Assembly: GCA_973851085.1 (NCBI GenBank)
Contig: OZ316776.1
Coordinates: 11,656,001 to 11,720,000 of the forward strand
Source of the DNA: Ptychomitrium polyphyllum
Taxonomy: Eukaryota
Direction: 5' to 3'
Length of the DNA stretch: 64,000 bases
Below the pieces are notes generated by a model, which ran no database searches, had not been told where the DNA came from, and saw only the letters and a program-made list of their open reading frames with translations. Below are positions 41,701-56,352 of the stretch, piece by piece; position 1 is the first letter of the stretch; each line of letters opens with the position of its first letter. The position numbers were made by a program, and so were the translations under genes.

Positions 41701-43576
41701 CATACAACCGTTCTGCCCGAAAAGACGCTTCGTTGCTTGAAAGCTGCATTGAAGAGTTATTCGGTTACGAACACATGAAACCTCACAAATGCAACAAATG
41801 CAAGTTAAACATCACAAAGCGCTGAACTTGAGCTAGAAAATAGAGAAAATTTAAGAAAGTGATTAAGAAATCACTTCGGCAAGTTATTGGGTCAGATAGA
41901 AAAATAAAACATTCAAACCCCTGAGTACTTAAATGAGAGGTATGGAAACTAAAAGGCAATGCTAAATCGAATGAACCTGCACAATAAGGTCTGATATATA
42001 ATTCTTGATGCCATCCCGTTGCTCTACAGGAAGTGCATTCCATCGATATTTAATAACTCCCTCCAGCACCTTCATCACAAGGAACAAAAATATGAAATCA
42101 TTATATTTAATCATATAATATCGTCATCGACTCTAGTCACCGAGGTGCATGCTGAAAACTTAGGAGTTGAAGCTTATCACACACTGCTCCAGCGCACAGC
42201 TTCAACCATACCTGAAGAGCATAAAACTTCGAGTTTGCAAGTGTAGAATTCTGAAGGATTGTCACCACTCGGGTCCATGTATCTGGATGCTCTTGCAATT
42301 GCCTCAGTACCCTTTCAGCAGCAGCTCTCTGCATTCATATGAAATAAGTCAGCACTGTGCCTTCTTCAGAGGCTTCTGCATGCCAGTGATTTCCGACCCT
42401 CTCTTCACAACACGTGTTGGCAGACTAGAGAAGATCTCTCACCAACAACAAAAACTATCAAAGAAAAACTACGCAACCAGCTGGAACCTGAAATTAAAAC
42501 CCTCCAACGACCATCCTTTTCTTAAAAACCAAAACACGTCCCGTATCCCGTTCAGAACCTATTCAGTCACCGTTCATGACGAATCACGCAACTCCTCGCG
42601 CAGAGAAGATGTTCTGAACCATGATTTTTGAGCAGGAGATGTCGAAACTACAACTAGGAAGGAGGAGAACAAGGCAGTGCTGTTGAGTGCAAGAGGATAA
42701 GCGAACAATCAGTTCCGACCCTAAGCTATATGCGAGAGCAGGGCCTAAATGTCCTTCTTTACACAGACCCATTACATGCCCGGAAAAAACTGTCCCCGAA
42801 ATCTAGCACAATACGAAACACACACCTAGCCGTCATTCTCTCAATAAGTCATCATCGCAGCTGAATAAAATTTGACATTCTCGCCAACAAAGACAGCAAC
42901 ATGCTTCCAACGACGCTCTCACTAGCAAGGCTTTTTCTCCAAGGAGTTGATAATCGTCATCTGCTCGCGGTAAGCCGCCAACGGATCTTAACAGTAGACA
43001 TTACCGCAGGGACCAAAGAAACCACGCGGTGCGGTCCGCACAACGTAACAGAGCTTCTAAGACATACACATTGCGGAGTCCAACTCTGACTATTGTGAAC
43101 ATTAATCAAGGCCCGCAAACCTCAGATACTTCAAGAACCGGAAAGTCTAAGTCACAATTCCAAAGCCGAAACACATCGCTAAACACCGCACAGCCTCCCT
43201 CCACGCTATTAGGGCGAGCATCCCAAAGAAAGAATGCAAATCATCAGGATTTCCCCCGATGCACACGCACGATCGCAGCCGAGATCAAAAAACAAACAAG
43301 TGACAAGAAAGAAACAAGCGCTCCTCCACAACCTAAAAGACTGCTACAATCCTGCCATCACTAATAACAACACCTTCCTAAGCGAGCTCTCTCCCTCCCT
43401 CTCTCTCTCTCTCGCTCTCTCTCTCCCCCTCACTCTCTCTCTTTCCATCCAATAGGTCGGAAAATAATAGTCCTCCATACCTCCTCTTTGGAACCAGTGC
43501 CGTAAAACGCCGCAACAGTAGCATCAAGAAGGCCGACGTCGAAGGGCTGCGCGAAATCCAACAGCTTCTCCGCCAT
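32729..43576 (-). CDS. XPO1: Exportin-1 (CRM1), 32 coding exons
   Basis: Traced exon by exon from [18 protein letters not shown] through [49 protein letters not shown] and [13 protein letters not shown] to [20 protein letters not shown]. The NES-groove Cys targeted by leptomycin B is retained. Confidence 0.97.
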
Positions 43577-43761
43577 GACTGGTGCGCTGGCTTGTCCGCC
43601 GCTTACTGAGCGAAGCGAGAGTCTATCCCGGCCCGTGGCGACGATGGCGATTGCGTCTCTCGGGTGCGCGAGCAAGCCAGCAGTACATATCTAAGATGGA
43701 GATGGCGAGAGCGCCCGCGGGACCAGGAAGCCCCGACGCACCAGCCTGCGCCCGACGCCTT

Positions 43762-43769
43762 AAACCCTA
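43762..43769. promoter_or_regulatory. Telo-box (AAACCCTA) in the XPO1 5' region
   Basis: Exact motif about 190 nt upstream of the XPO1 ATG. The same motif (TAGGGTTT) lies at 12213-12220 before CTF8. The motif is short and could occur by chance. Confidence 0.4.
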
Positions 43770-44499
43770 GAAACTCGCTGCTCCAGCCCTCCGCAACAAC
43801 GAACACCCTGCGAACATTGAATGAGAAACACACACTCGACACAACGACGACCCCCGTCGGTCAGCAACAGAACAGAACCGAGCAACTTGAAACGAAAAGG
43901 GGGCAAACATAAAGGAAAAAAGATAAAGAAATCCACAAACGAGCCGCCCCCCGCCCCCCGCCCCTCCTGCCCGCTGCCCGCGCTACAAGTCACGGATGTG
44001 TGCCCACGACCGTCACTCTACCTAAAGCCGGCTTAATCTACTTTCTGCGTACAGTACAGTCATTGAACTATAGGACGATCTAGATTTTGTGGTTTCATGT
44101 CCTGCGGACGACCGTCTCTGAAAAGGACATTGGTTCAACAATTATCTACGTTTTTCCTAGAACTTGGCAGTAAAGTATACGTGGTTGGAAGAAGATGCCG
44201 ATTTCTGGGTACAGTTACGGTTTTGGGCCCAGAAATGGTTTATGGGTGTGCTTCCCTGACCGGAAGCGGAGCCAGATTCTAGAAGCCTTGACAAGTTCAC
44301 GATGTCGCAATCGTGTCCAGTGAGGATACCCGCATTGTATGAACAGGGTATTGGGATGGTACCTCTGGGGTATCGTGGCAGTATCATCGGGATAGTGTGC
44401 AGGTAGCGCTAGAATAGTGAGCCGTGGAACAAACTTCCTCGGAGTCCTTTCAAATTTCAGCTTGAGGGCAGTGACATAAGCTCCCCCTGTCTTTCAAGA

Positions 44500-47400
44500 A
44501 TTAATTGATTCCAACCCAAGATTCTACGCTTACTTGTCTCCTTGTGTTGGAGAACTAAAAAGTTGGACAACAACTTGAGAATTAAAGGTAGTATATAACT
44601 TGAGGTGCAATTTAGAATAATCATAAAAAAATTCATTCAAATTAGAATGATGACAGATAATAAATAAGAAGTAACAAAGAAACTTAATACAAAATAAGGC
44701 TTCCATTGCATCGAAGATGTGATGGCCTTTAACATTGGTTTTATACAATCATAAAAGAAAAAAGTCAAAAAATAAATAATATAAAAATTTAAATATAAAG
44801 AGTAAAGAATATAAAAAAGTTAAAAGTGGAAGTACGTTTATAAGTGCTGATGGATGGACAAAGAGATAGATAGGACCAAATATAAAGTTATGATATGTAA
44901 TATATACAAAAATCTTAAAACATACATTAAAATGTTTTTGTTTCTATATGATTAATTAAAAAATTATATCAATTTTTTTAAAATTAATCATGTAAATCAA
45001 AACATTATTCACATGATGAACTACTTGTTCATTCTTTAATTTTACATCCTATTTAATTGTATGATATTTGTTTAAAACTTGAATCATTATTTTTTAAAAT
45101 TTGAATTATTTTCCATAGTTTTAAAATAAGTATATAATATTGATATTAATAAATATACCATATTACAAGTTATATATGATCATAGAATATATTATAAAAG
45201 TTAGTAGGACTTTAACTTGATAGTCAATTTATGCTAGCTATAAACTTTTTTAATAGTGTATATTAATTTTAAAAAGTAATACAATTCAAATATAAATGTA
45301 CATAATGTTTTTAAAATGAATTTTAAAACCTTTCACCTTAAGCAAAATTAATTGATTCATGTTTATATAACTAAGGTCGAAAAAGTATAATAAATTAATG
45401 ATTAAATAATAAATTGAACATTTTGATGATTAATGTGAATTATTTATCTAAATTTAAATTTAAATTATATAAGTATTAAAGAATTAAACACATGAAATTT
45501 TATTGGTATTAAAAATGAATAAAAAATTATACATATTGTCAAAATGTTGGCAAATTTTGAAATTAAAAATAGCCATAGACATGTATTTCAATCTTTTGTA
45601 AAATTTATTAGTATAATGTAACATGCATAACATGTAGTATATACATACATATATTGTAAATTATTAATAAATAAATATTTAATACATTCAAATGAAAAAA
45701 ACTAAAATAAAAAATTGTACTCATTAGGAAGTTTGAAAAAATGATTTATTTCAATTACAAAGTGTATTTAACTACTTTTTATCCAAAAACTTATGCAAAG
45801 AGTTTTCTATTTGAAGCTGATGCATGCCATGCCAGAAAATTATATTGTTTTCTACTTGATGTTTCTTATTTTTTCAATTATTAAAAATTAAAGTGTATAT
45901 ATTGTTTACTTTCAAATTTATTGAAAACTTTAATGGTCTTCATATTGCAACTTAAGTGGCATTCAAATTTAAAATCACTAATATTATTAGCATTTCAAAT
46001 TTGTTATTTTTTTTGTGCTTTAATAAGTCTAAGGATATATATATTTGATAAAATAAATAGAAGAGTTTTGAAAATTTCTATTAAAACGTAAAGGCATCTA
46101 ATTATAAATATTAACTTTTTTCTTTGTATTATAATATTTTCCATAAAAATCTTATGTTTTTCATAGATAGATTTAGATTCCTAATTATAATTATAATGAT
46201 ATTTTTTCTCATTTATCTTATTTTCAAACTACTTGCATCAAAAGCTACTTGATAATAATTTTTGTTACTTACAATTAAATACACCATACAATAAAGCATG
46301 GTGATTAGATGTTTATTTGTCATGATATCATTTTATTTGAAATGTTTGTTTTAAAAATAAAATGCTAATTATTTATGAAGATTACCATCTCTTAAAAGGC
46401 TTTCAATGTTTTTGGGTTTTTTAATACATGCTCTTTTAAAGGTATGTAATGTAGAAGAAAGTATGCATATTATGTGTATATTATAGATGCTAATTATATT
46501 TTAAAAAATAAATTAAAAAAAGCTTTTATATTTGTAATAATTGTATTTTTTGTAAATTATCTACATAAAAGGAATATCAAAATGTAATGATTAAAATTTC
46601 AAAATTTCAAAATTAGTATTAATGATTGTTGCAAGTTACAATAGCAATTTACAATAGGCTAAAACATCATTTAAAGTAAACTTATTTCCTAGACAATGGT
46701 TATGTCTTTTTTATAGTGATTTTCTGCCATGTTTTAAAAAATGAATTTATCGTATTTGAAAGGTTGTATTTGAATCTTCTATATAATAATTGAAATCCTA
46801 AGGAATAATTAAATTAATATTTATAACACATTATATAAATTTAAATAGTATAAATATTTTAATAAAATATATTATTTTACAATAATAAAAGTGTTTATTG
46901 ATATACAAAGAAATATATTGGTTTATTAGTATTGTACAAATTATACATTGCTTACACATGTTACAATTCATGACTAACTGTATAAGTAGAATATTCTTTC
47001 AAGATATAAAATATTTATATTTGTATTATAGTGTTATTAGAATTTAAAGATATGTTTTTATATTGAATGATATACAATTGAAAACTTTGATGATTTGTTA
47101 TTGGACATTTTATCAAATATGGAAATTGATTGTATTACTGTTACAAAAAATACTAACAACAAGTACATATATGATCTTACAGATCATTTGATATTAGCAC
47201 TAAATGATAATTATGATTTATATTGCACAATTAAATACTTATGAATTATATTTAGCCATTGAAAAAGTCTACAATGGCTTTATTCTTGAAAGTTAGAATT
47301 TTTTTATTGTACATATAATAGAGGTTGTTTATCATTTAAAAGTATATTTTTATACTTATATTAAAAACTATACACAACAATATTTTTTTTGCATATACAT

Positions 47401-48050
47401 TTTATTACTTATTTTCTATCATTATAAGAGTGTAAATATTATTTCTTAAATGGATATATAAGTTTTTAAAAGGATGTTGTAAATACACCTAATTTAGATT
47501 TTGATAAAAAGTGCATTTTCTAAAAAACTATTCATGCAAAAGATTCACATTTGCAATTTTATAAGATTTTATGATTTCAATTCATATTATATTTTTACAA
47601 AATCATTTTTCCAATTTTAAAAGTCTTGAATTTCAATTAAAAGAAACATTTAAAACGTGAAAACTAAATTTCTTATAACATGTAAAGATCTGCCTTATTC
47701 TCCCATGATATTTAACAATTGTGAAATAAAATTTGGAACTATTAAACTATTCAACAATTTAGCAACAAATGCAAATAGGCATTGTCTAAAATTTAAGGAT
47801 CACAAAAGAACATTAAAAAATCAAAAATACTATTAAGATATTTTGAAGCAAAAAGATCTAGTATTGTATATTACAATTCTTTATTCAGAATACCAAGTTT
47901 TCTATAAGAAAAAAAGAAAGATCTTGGTGCAAAAAAAAACCAATGTAAATAAAGTACATCTTTGTTTCATTTCTAAACCCCACATTATCCATCATGACTC
48001 TTTCAATAGTAAATATCATATTAATTTCAGTTATTCACAGTAATTCATAG
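44500..48050. other. Extremely AT-rich, CpG-depleted intergenic block, probably decayed transposon DNA (similar blocks at about 21900-24100 and 25250-26400)
   Basis: Composition only; no recognisable termini or coding remnants. Confidence 0.4.
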
Positions 48051-48564
48051 TGACACATTGCATTACTTTTTTTTTGCTTCAGCCACTAGAAAAGCACAAA
48101 GCTTGAAATACCGGAATCCTGAAGAACACCAAACAACAAACAAGTCAAACAAGTACATAATATGATTTAAAAGGCCGTAATCTTATTGCAGAAAATCATA
48201 GATTCCAACTATATATCACGGTATTGGCATGAAAAGAATCAACATGTGAGACAATGGTTTCTTCAAAACCATCACCTAAAGAATGTGCAATGTCCTGCAA
48301 TGTCAAAATGCAATATTGCTACTTCACCTTTGCTCACAATTCTCCTCTTAGACCATTTCAGACCCCTGGTCCAACAATGCAGTGCCTCTTCTCAAGACGA
48401 AATCATGCAACACAATGCACACTGCAATCCAGAGGTACTGCACAAACAATATGATGCAGCAACAAGGTTCACAGCTTCAGAAACTGTTGGAGCAATCTTT
48501 CGTATTCTCGGGCATACACATGTAGGATAACACCGTTGATCAGCGGCATGCCATTGCTAGCTGG

Positions 48565-51500
48565 TCAGTTGTCGAACACTGGAGCTCTGTGGGCTATGAT
48601 GGCCATGTTGCGAGGAGAGATGGAGGGCTTGAAGAGGGGCACGAGCTCCGCAGTTATCTTGTCCTTGCCAGCAACCAACGTGGCTTGCTCCTTGACATAC
48701 AACAGGCGGTCCAGCAAGATGTATGACTCTATTACCGGAGCCAAAACAGCTCTCAAGGAATAGAAAGGACCTACCAAATCCTGCAACGTGCCCAAAAGAA
48801 ACAATCCTTCAGAGTCAAGACCAAGTATTATTTTGACTTCGTTGCCTTTGAGATCTAGATGTTGTGTTGACAGAGTTTTGACACTGGAAAGTATCTGCAA
48901 GCATACCTGATAAGGTGCCACTTCTCTCCAGACGGATTTGAGCTGACAGGCTGGAATGGGGAGCAGGTGAAGACGCTCCAGTGCAGGTAGAGCATATTCT
49001 TTAAACCTTACTGCCAGCTGTTCCAAGGAGTTGGCCTCAGAATCATGCATAGGAGATGTCTCTTTTTGTTCTGGTCTAGAAGGTATGTCCGAGTTGCAGA
49101 TGTTTGAGGGTCCACATGTTTCTGGAAGATCTTCTAAAGCCTGCATAGAACCTGCATCTGACACAGATTCTAACGCATTCTCATCTCTTTCGGCTTGTAA
49201 AGCATCATTGCTTATGTTGTCAAGGAAGGGTTCCATTGCTGATTGTCGTGCTTGGCGCCTACGACGAGACTTACCTACACGACCCACTGATGGGCTCTGG
49301 TTCGCTGTCTCGGGGTAGTATCGCTCCAAAACCTGCCAGAAAATTGATATCAAATGCCTCTGATATTAATCGTTACTATCTAAGGTAGAAATGGGTGGAC
49401 TAACAAGTATTCACGACAAGAGATTGAATAGGATCAACTGAACGATGTAAGACAGATCCGATGTAAATCGTATTTGCTACCTCACCAGCTGAAATGCTGC
49501 CCTAAAGGAATGGAGCTCAAAAGTCTGAACAGCCTTTGTTGGATGGTGTTCTTTCCACCTGTCTGCACTCTGCACGGAACCAGACCACGTACAAAGTTAA
49601 ATCAATACATTGTGAACGGGATGAGGCACAGCGACTTCATGAAAGTCGAAGAGGGAGCGTAATGAGACCTTACTTGACAGGCAAGATCACGAGCACTTCT
49701 TTCCAACTGCAACCCTAACTTGCCCACTGTAGCACTCATTGGAAACCCATACAACTCTTTCCTATCGTTGCTGGTTTTGTCCGACAACAAGTTATAGCAG
49801 CATCCCACATTTATAACAGCTGCAACCTCCTTGCACTCAATGAAAGTCCTGCACAGATACAAGGTCAGGGCATTAGAGCAGTTGAGTTTCTACATGTTAA
49901 ACGAGGTTTACATATCAAAGAAGAAGTTGTTGAGAAGCAATGATCCTTGATTTCCGGTGCACAGGCTGGTGAGTAGAAGTTACCAACCTCAGCATTGTTG
50001 CAGATAAGTCCCCACAAGCGTGCAGGCCAGCCAACACAACGCCGCAATATTTCAGTTTTGAAAGAGGATGTTCATCGTGGTCTGAGATTCTGTCTTCGAC
50101 AAAGTGGGCTTCTAACGAATTAGATTCTTGGATTGCTGGCAACAGAGAAGACAATGTTGCTGGAGATTCCTCAGTGCCTACTCGGCATGTGACAGTGTGA
50201 GGAGCACGTGGTTCTAGATACTTCAAATCCTCTGCAAGAAAGAAACAAATACCCAGCAACTCGTTGCTTATCCTTCACCTCCCCAATAAGAATCTGCTAC
50301 TCCTCTCTACGTGTCCTCATCAACAGACTTGCATATTCTCCAGCACAGTATGGTTTATACATAAGAACATGGGCAGCAAATATTGACAGGAATAGGGAGA
50401 GAAAAAGAAGCCTGGACACCTATTGGTAACTTCTACTCGTCATTCTGTTTTTTGACAAGAATAGACTAACCTTGTTGGGACTTGCGTGAATGTGCATTGT
50501 AATACTTTTGTATACGAAGGGCACGCTTATTTGTCACATCAGCATGGTGAGCACATGCATCAACGGCAATCACTGACAGCCGATACTCAAACGCCAAGAC
50601 AAGTGCAAGATAACCCTGTTTACAGTTTCCAATCTCATGAGAATCATCCACAAGCATCAAAAGTAGTCGTATTCCGTAAGCGCAGATTTATACTCAGCTT
50701 GAACGAAGCATCATCAAGACTACCATGGATGGCAGAGGAACAAGATTCAGCCCGGTGCACACCTGGCCAGCTCCAACATCGATAACATCTTTCGATCCTC
50801 TAGATTTTGCAGTTCCAGCAATAAATGCCGCCAGTATTCCAATCTGCACACTGAATGATGCCTGTTAACTCATCATCTTCTCTTAATGAGTATAGCACGG
50901 CAGGTTCTAGTCTCAAAAGATCCAACTGATAAGCTTTCCTTGTGAAGCACAAGATTGAGAAACACAAAGAAGACGAGGAAAAGGAAGATCGACTTTAAGT
51001 AGTACTACAAGTCCAGAATGACGAGTGACATCTAGGTGGACCTTTCCTTCCAAACAATCCATAAACCCTAGCGAGGTGCTTGCGTCCTACCTCGTGAAGC
51101 TTCTTGGCGTTCATTCCCTGACCGAGCACATTGCTAATAGGAACCTGCGGGATCCTTGAATAGGACTACATAGACAACTCATCAGTCAAGCCACAACTTC
51201 ATCACTTAAACCAAAGCAAAAAATGGCAAACTGTTTGAGAGGTAAATGACAATGTTGAAGAATGTTTTCGACCCGATGAGTAAGGAGTAGAGTACCATGT
51301 TTGATGAGCTTTCGACTTGTTCTCGAGGAAGAGATAACTGGTATGCAGTTTGCACAAACTCTTTCAGGGAATCGGGCCATTCCTCCTGCCATCCAACAAG
51401 AGTCAGGGAAACACATGAGGAAGAGGGAATTCCTGTCTACGTGGATCTATGAGAGGAGGTGAATTCAGTAGCCTGTAAGGTTTGCTGTGTACGCACTGAC

Positions 51501-51825
51501 CTGTATGACGCCAGAAGGAAGTAGCAATAAGTTTTCCACGGAAGCAATCCTAAGGGAGCTATTCCAGTGCTCATCCACCCTTTCCCACAACTTTACCTGC
51601 ACGTTGAACCAAGAGTTCATGTACACAAATGCATTAGAAACATCACGGATGCAATACTTTGTTTATTGAGAGAAGAAGAAAGGAGTGAGAGTGAGGAATG
51701 ATGCTCACGTGGAAAAAATCCACAACATGCGCTCGCCATAGCCATTCGTGCCGTCTTAAAAACGTAGCAATTGCGCTCACATGAATCTTCAGGTCGGAAA
51801 GACCTTGTCCTGCGGAGTACTCCAT
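48565..51825 (-). CDS. METTL25/RRNAD1-like class I SAM methyltransferase, 10 coding exons
   Basis: GMNAKKLHE, VIDVGAGQGYLA (SAM motif I), LAGLHACGDLS, VGCCYNLL, ARDLACQSADRW, LRAVLAPVIESYILLDRLLY and PSISPRNMAIIA; exons join via GT-AG. Confidence 0.9.
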
Positions 51826-54465
51826 CCTGAGAGGATTTCACAAGCCCAGTGCTGAATGCGCGCCGACGAAGAAGACCGATAGTCAAATCCCAATCCCCGC
51901 TAGCTTGTCACTGCTCCAATCAACAACCCAAATCCTGTCCAATTAGACAACACCGAGTCTCACGTCGTTTCTTCTAGTCTCGATGACTATATTCGCCCAC
52001 CAGGGTTCAGGATTTAAGCTCTAGGAGGAAACAAAACAGGCTGAGGATCTTTGTTTGAAACCTACTTCTCAACTAACTAATGAACGAACTTTCTAATCGA
52101 ATCAAAGCGCCAACTGTACTTGAAGCGGCAACATCTAAACATCTAAACCATAGCAATTCATAGTAATAGTTGTAGGGCAGTTGAAGTACTACCCAATGCC
52201 CATCACGACTTGCTATTCCGCAACCAGTCAGAAAACAGAACCTAGTAGGCGAGCCACAAATGAAAGCCAGAGCAAGTACAAAGCAAGAAAAAATCACAGC
52301 GTTTGCATTTGCACAGACGTACAGACTTTATCGCCTCAACGTCAAACGAACTTCGGTGAGCGGCTTCACCTTCTGAGATGCACCCAGTTCCAAGTTTTGT
52401 TGCTGCCGTTGCTTTTGTGTGGACTTGGAAGCACTGCCGAAGCGTGGGTCATGTTAACAGATTCCTCAAGTAGCAAGCTTGCGACGTTCACGCGAAGTTC
52501 ACATCCTGGGCCTGCTTCTGTTGAGAACTTTTCTTTGACGAAGACGAGGCTTGCGAGGGAGACTTTATAGCTCCGGAAGGAACTGGAGTGTCATGTGTAG
52601 GAGGGTTTGCACGATAAAGGATTGCTGGGAGCGTTTGTCTGGAGAATTAGCGAGCGAGAGGGAAGCGGATTATGATAGAAGTCATTAGGCCTCACACGCG
52701 ATACAAAGCTGTGAGACAAAGCTATGAGCGATCATTGCAATACTGTTTGTTTAGGTTTAAGGTCACGGAGAGTTAGTTTCAATTAGCAAGAGGATCAATT
52801 GCATGAAGGGTATTATATGATGGAGACTGATTCTAGCCGGAGGCTTGGATTGAGGTAGTCCCCAGGATTCGCATCCTCGTCGTCCTCACCGACTGGAGGC
52901 TCTCTACAGGTGTGAAGAATGTAGTGCCCCTCCCTCGCCATTAATTCCGCTTTGAACCCTCGCCACTTGGTCCTTCCAAGGGTCATCAAAGCTTCTGGAG
53001 TTCTGAATAACTTTCAAAGTTTGTACGATGTTGAACAGGAGATCGTCGTATATGGAAAGGCTAGCCTGCGAAGTCTGTTGTTGTGGTCGTTGAAGTTTAT
53101 GTTGGATGTTCCGTTCTTTAGTGGGGCTTGTGATGGATATGAACTCAGTGGAAGCTTGGATTGTGTGTTCCTGAAGAAGAACCTACAATGCATGCTATTG
53201 AAGTGCTCTTCAGGCCAACTCTGTATCTCGTATGATGTCGATAAACCCTAAATCCTAGGTCGTGCTGTGGTGAGGCGCATGGCATGTCTAATTGCAATCT
53301 ACCCACAGGTTCCGAGGAGTATGGGAGCAGAGAATGAATTTGTGGCAGAGACTACGATGTCACTTTCGTCGCCCATCTCTGAAAGGTCTGTGGTTGTACG
53401 TCTACAACTATGTACTCGGTGTATGCGTTCCGAAGTTTGTCTTCCTCTGGGGTTAAAGAACTTACCTAAAGCAGTTCCTCTCTTCCAAATCTTGTTTCTT
53501 TGACACAAACAGATGCGTTCTATCGGTCACCAGATGATGATCTACCACCTCGTTCTACCTGACCTAGTTATTTGAGAGACGCCTGTAGTAGTTGTGGAAA
53601 GAGGTCGTAGAAGTTGAGCGGACTTCGTTGAAGCTGCATTTGCTATTGTGTAGACGTTCGTGGTTTCTTAGCGAATTTTTCAGTGCTCGGATCTTTGCAG
53701 AATCTATCTTTTGAGGAGCAGTTAGCGTTTGCGAAAACTTTATATTAGTTTATTGTAATGTAGTGCGATGCTCGTGCAATATGCTCGACTCTAGGAAGCT
53801 GATGTGATAGGGTTCAAGTGGCTATTGTGTGAAACAAAATTCTCTTCTTCGACAGCTCTATGGCCGGAGCTGATGATCAGCTTAATTGTCGTAGGCTGGA
53901 GGCTTGTAGATTGCTTGGAGCTGCTTTGAATTTCGCTGGTTTCGTCAAATGCTTGATGTCTTAGGCTACTACCTTTAGCAAGATATCTCAACTATTTGTG
54001 TGCTGTGGTTGAATCTGATTGTGGCCTTTGATATATAGTTGGATGTTCTAATTAAATTGATTGTAGCTTTTGCTTGTTCTTGGTAAATTGGATTTGCAAA
54101 TAGTGTGCAATGAAATGTCCACTGCGCAACCAAGATGCGCAGTGATAGGGTCACAGCTCATGGGGCTTCAAAAGTACTCTCCTGCACTCCTTTTTTACTT
54201 TTTGCGCGAATGAAGTTTCAGAATGAAATTTTGCAAATTGTATTGTGTAGTAGATTCTAACACTACAGTTGGTTTCCAAATCTTTTTTTGGTTTGACTGT
54301 CTTATCTAGACTTTCAAAGTTAACAGCGCAATGGTAGGGCTCTACCCCAGTTTCTCATTTCGAAATAGGATTTCAAAAATGGAAACGAGGTCGTGTCTCA
54401 AATAAAAGTATATTGATCACTCCTGCTCTGATGATGGGCTTATATGCAGATTGGAGAGCGTAAGT

Positions 54466-56352
<1,887 letters not shown>

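Noticed and set aside
42709..42856. Possible intronic C/D snoRNA in XPO1 intron 1 (ATGATGA ... CTGA on minus)
   Set aside because: Weak terminal stem and no rRNA-complementary guide that I could identify.
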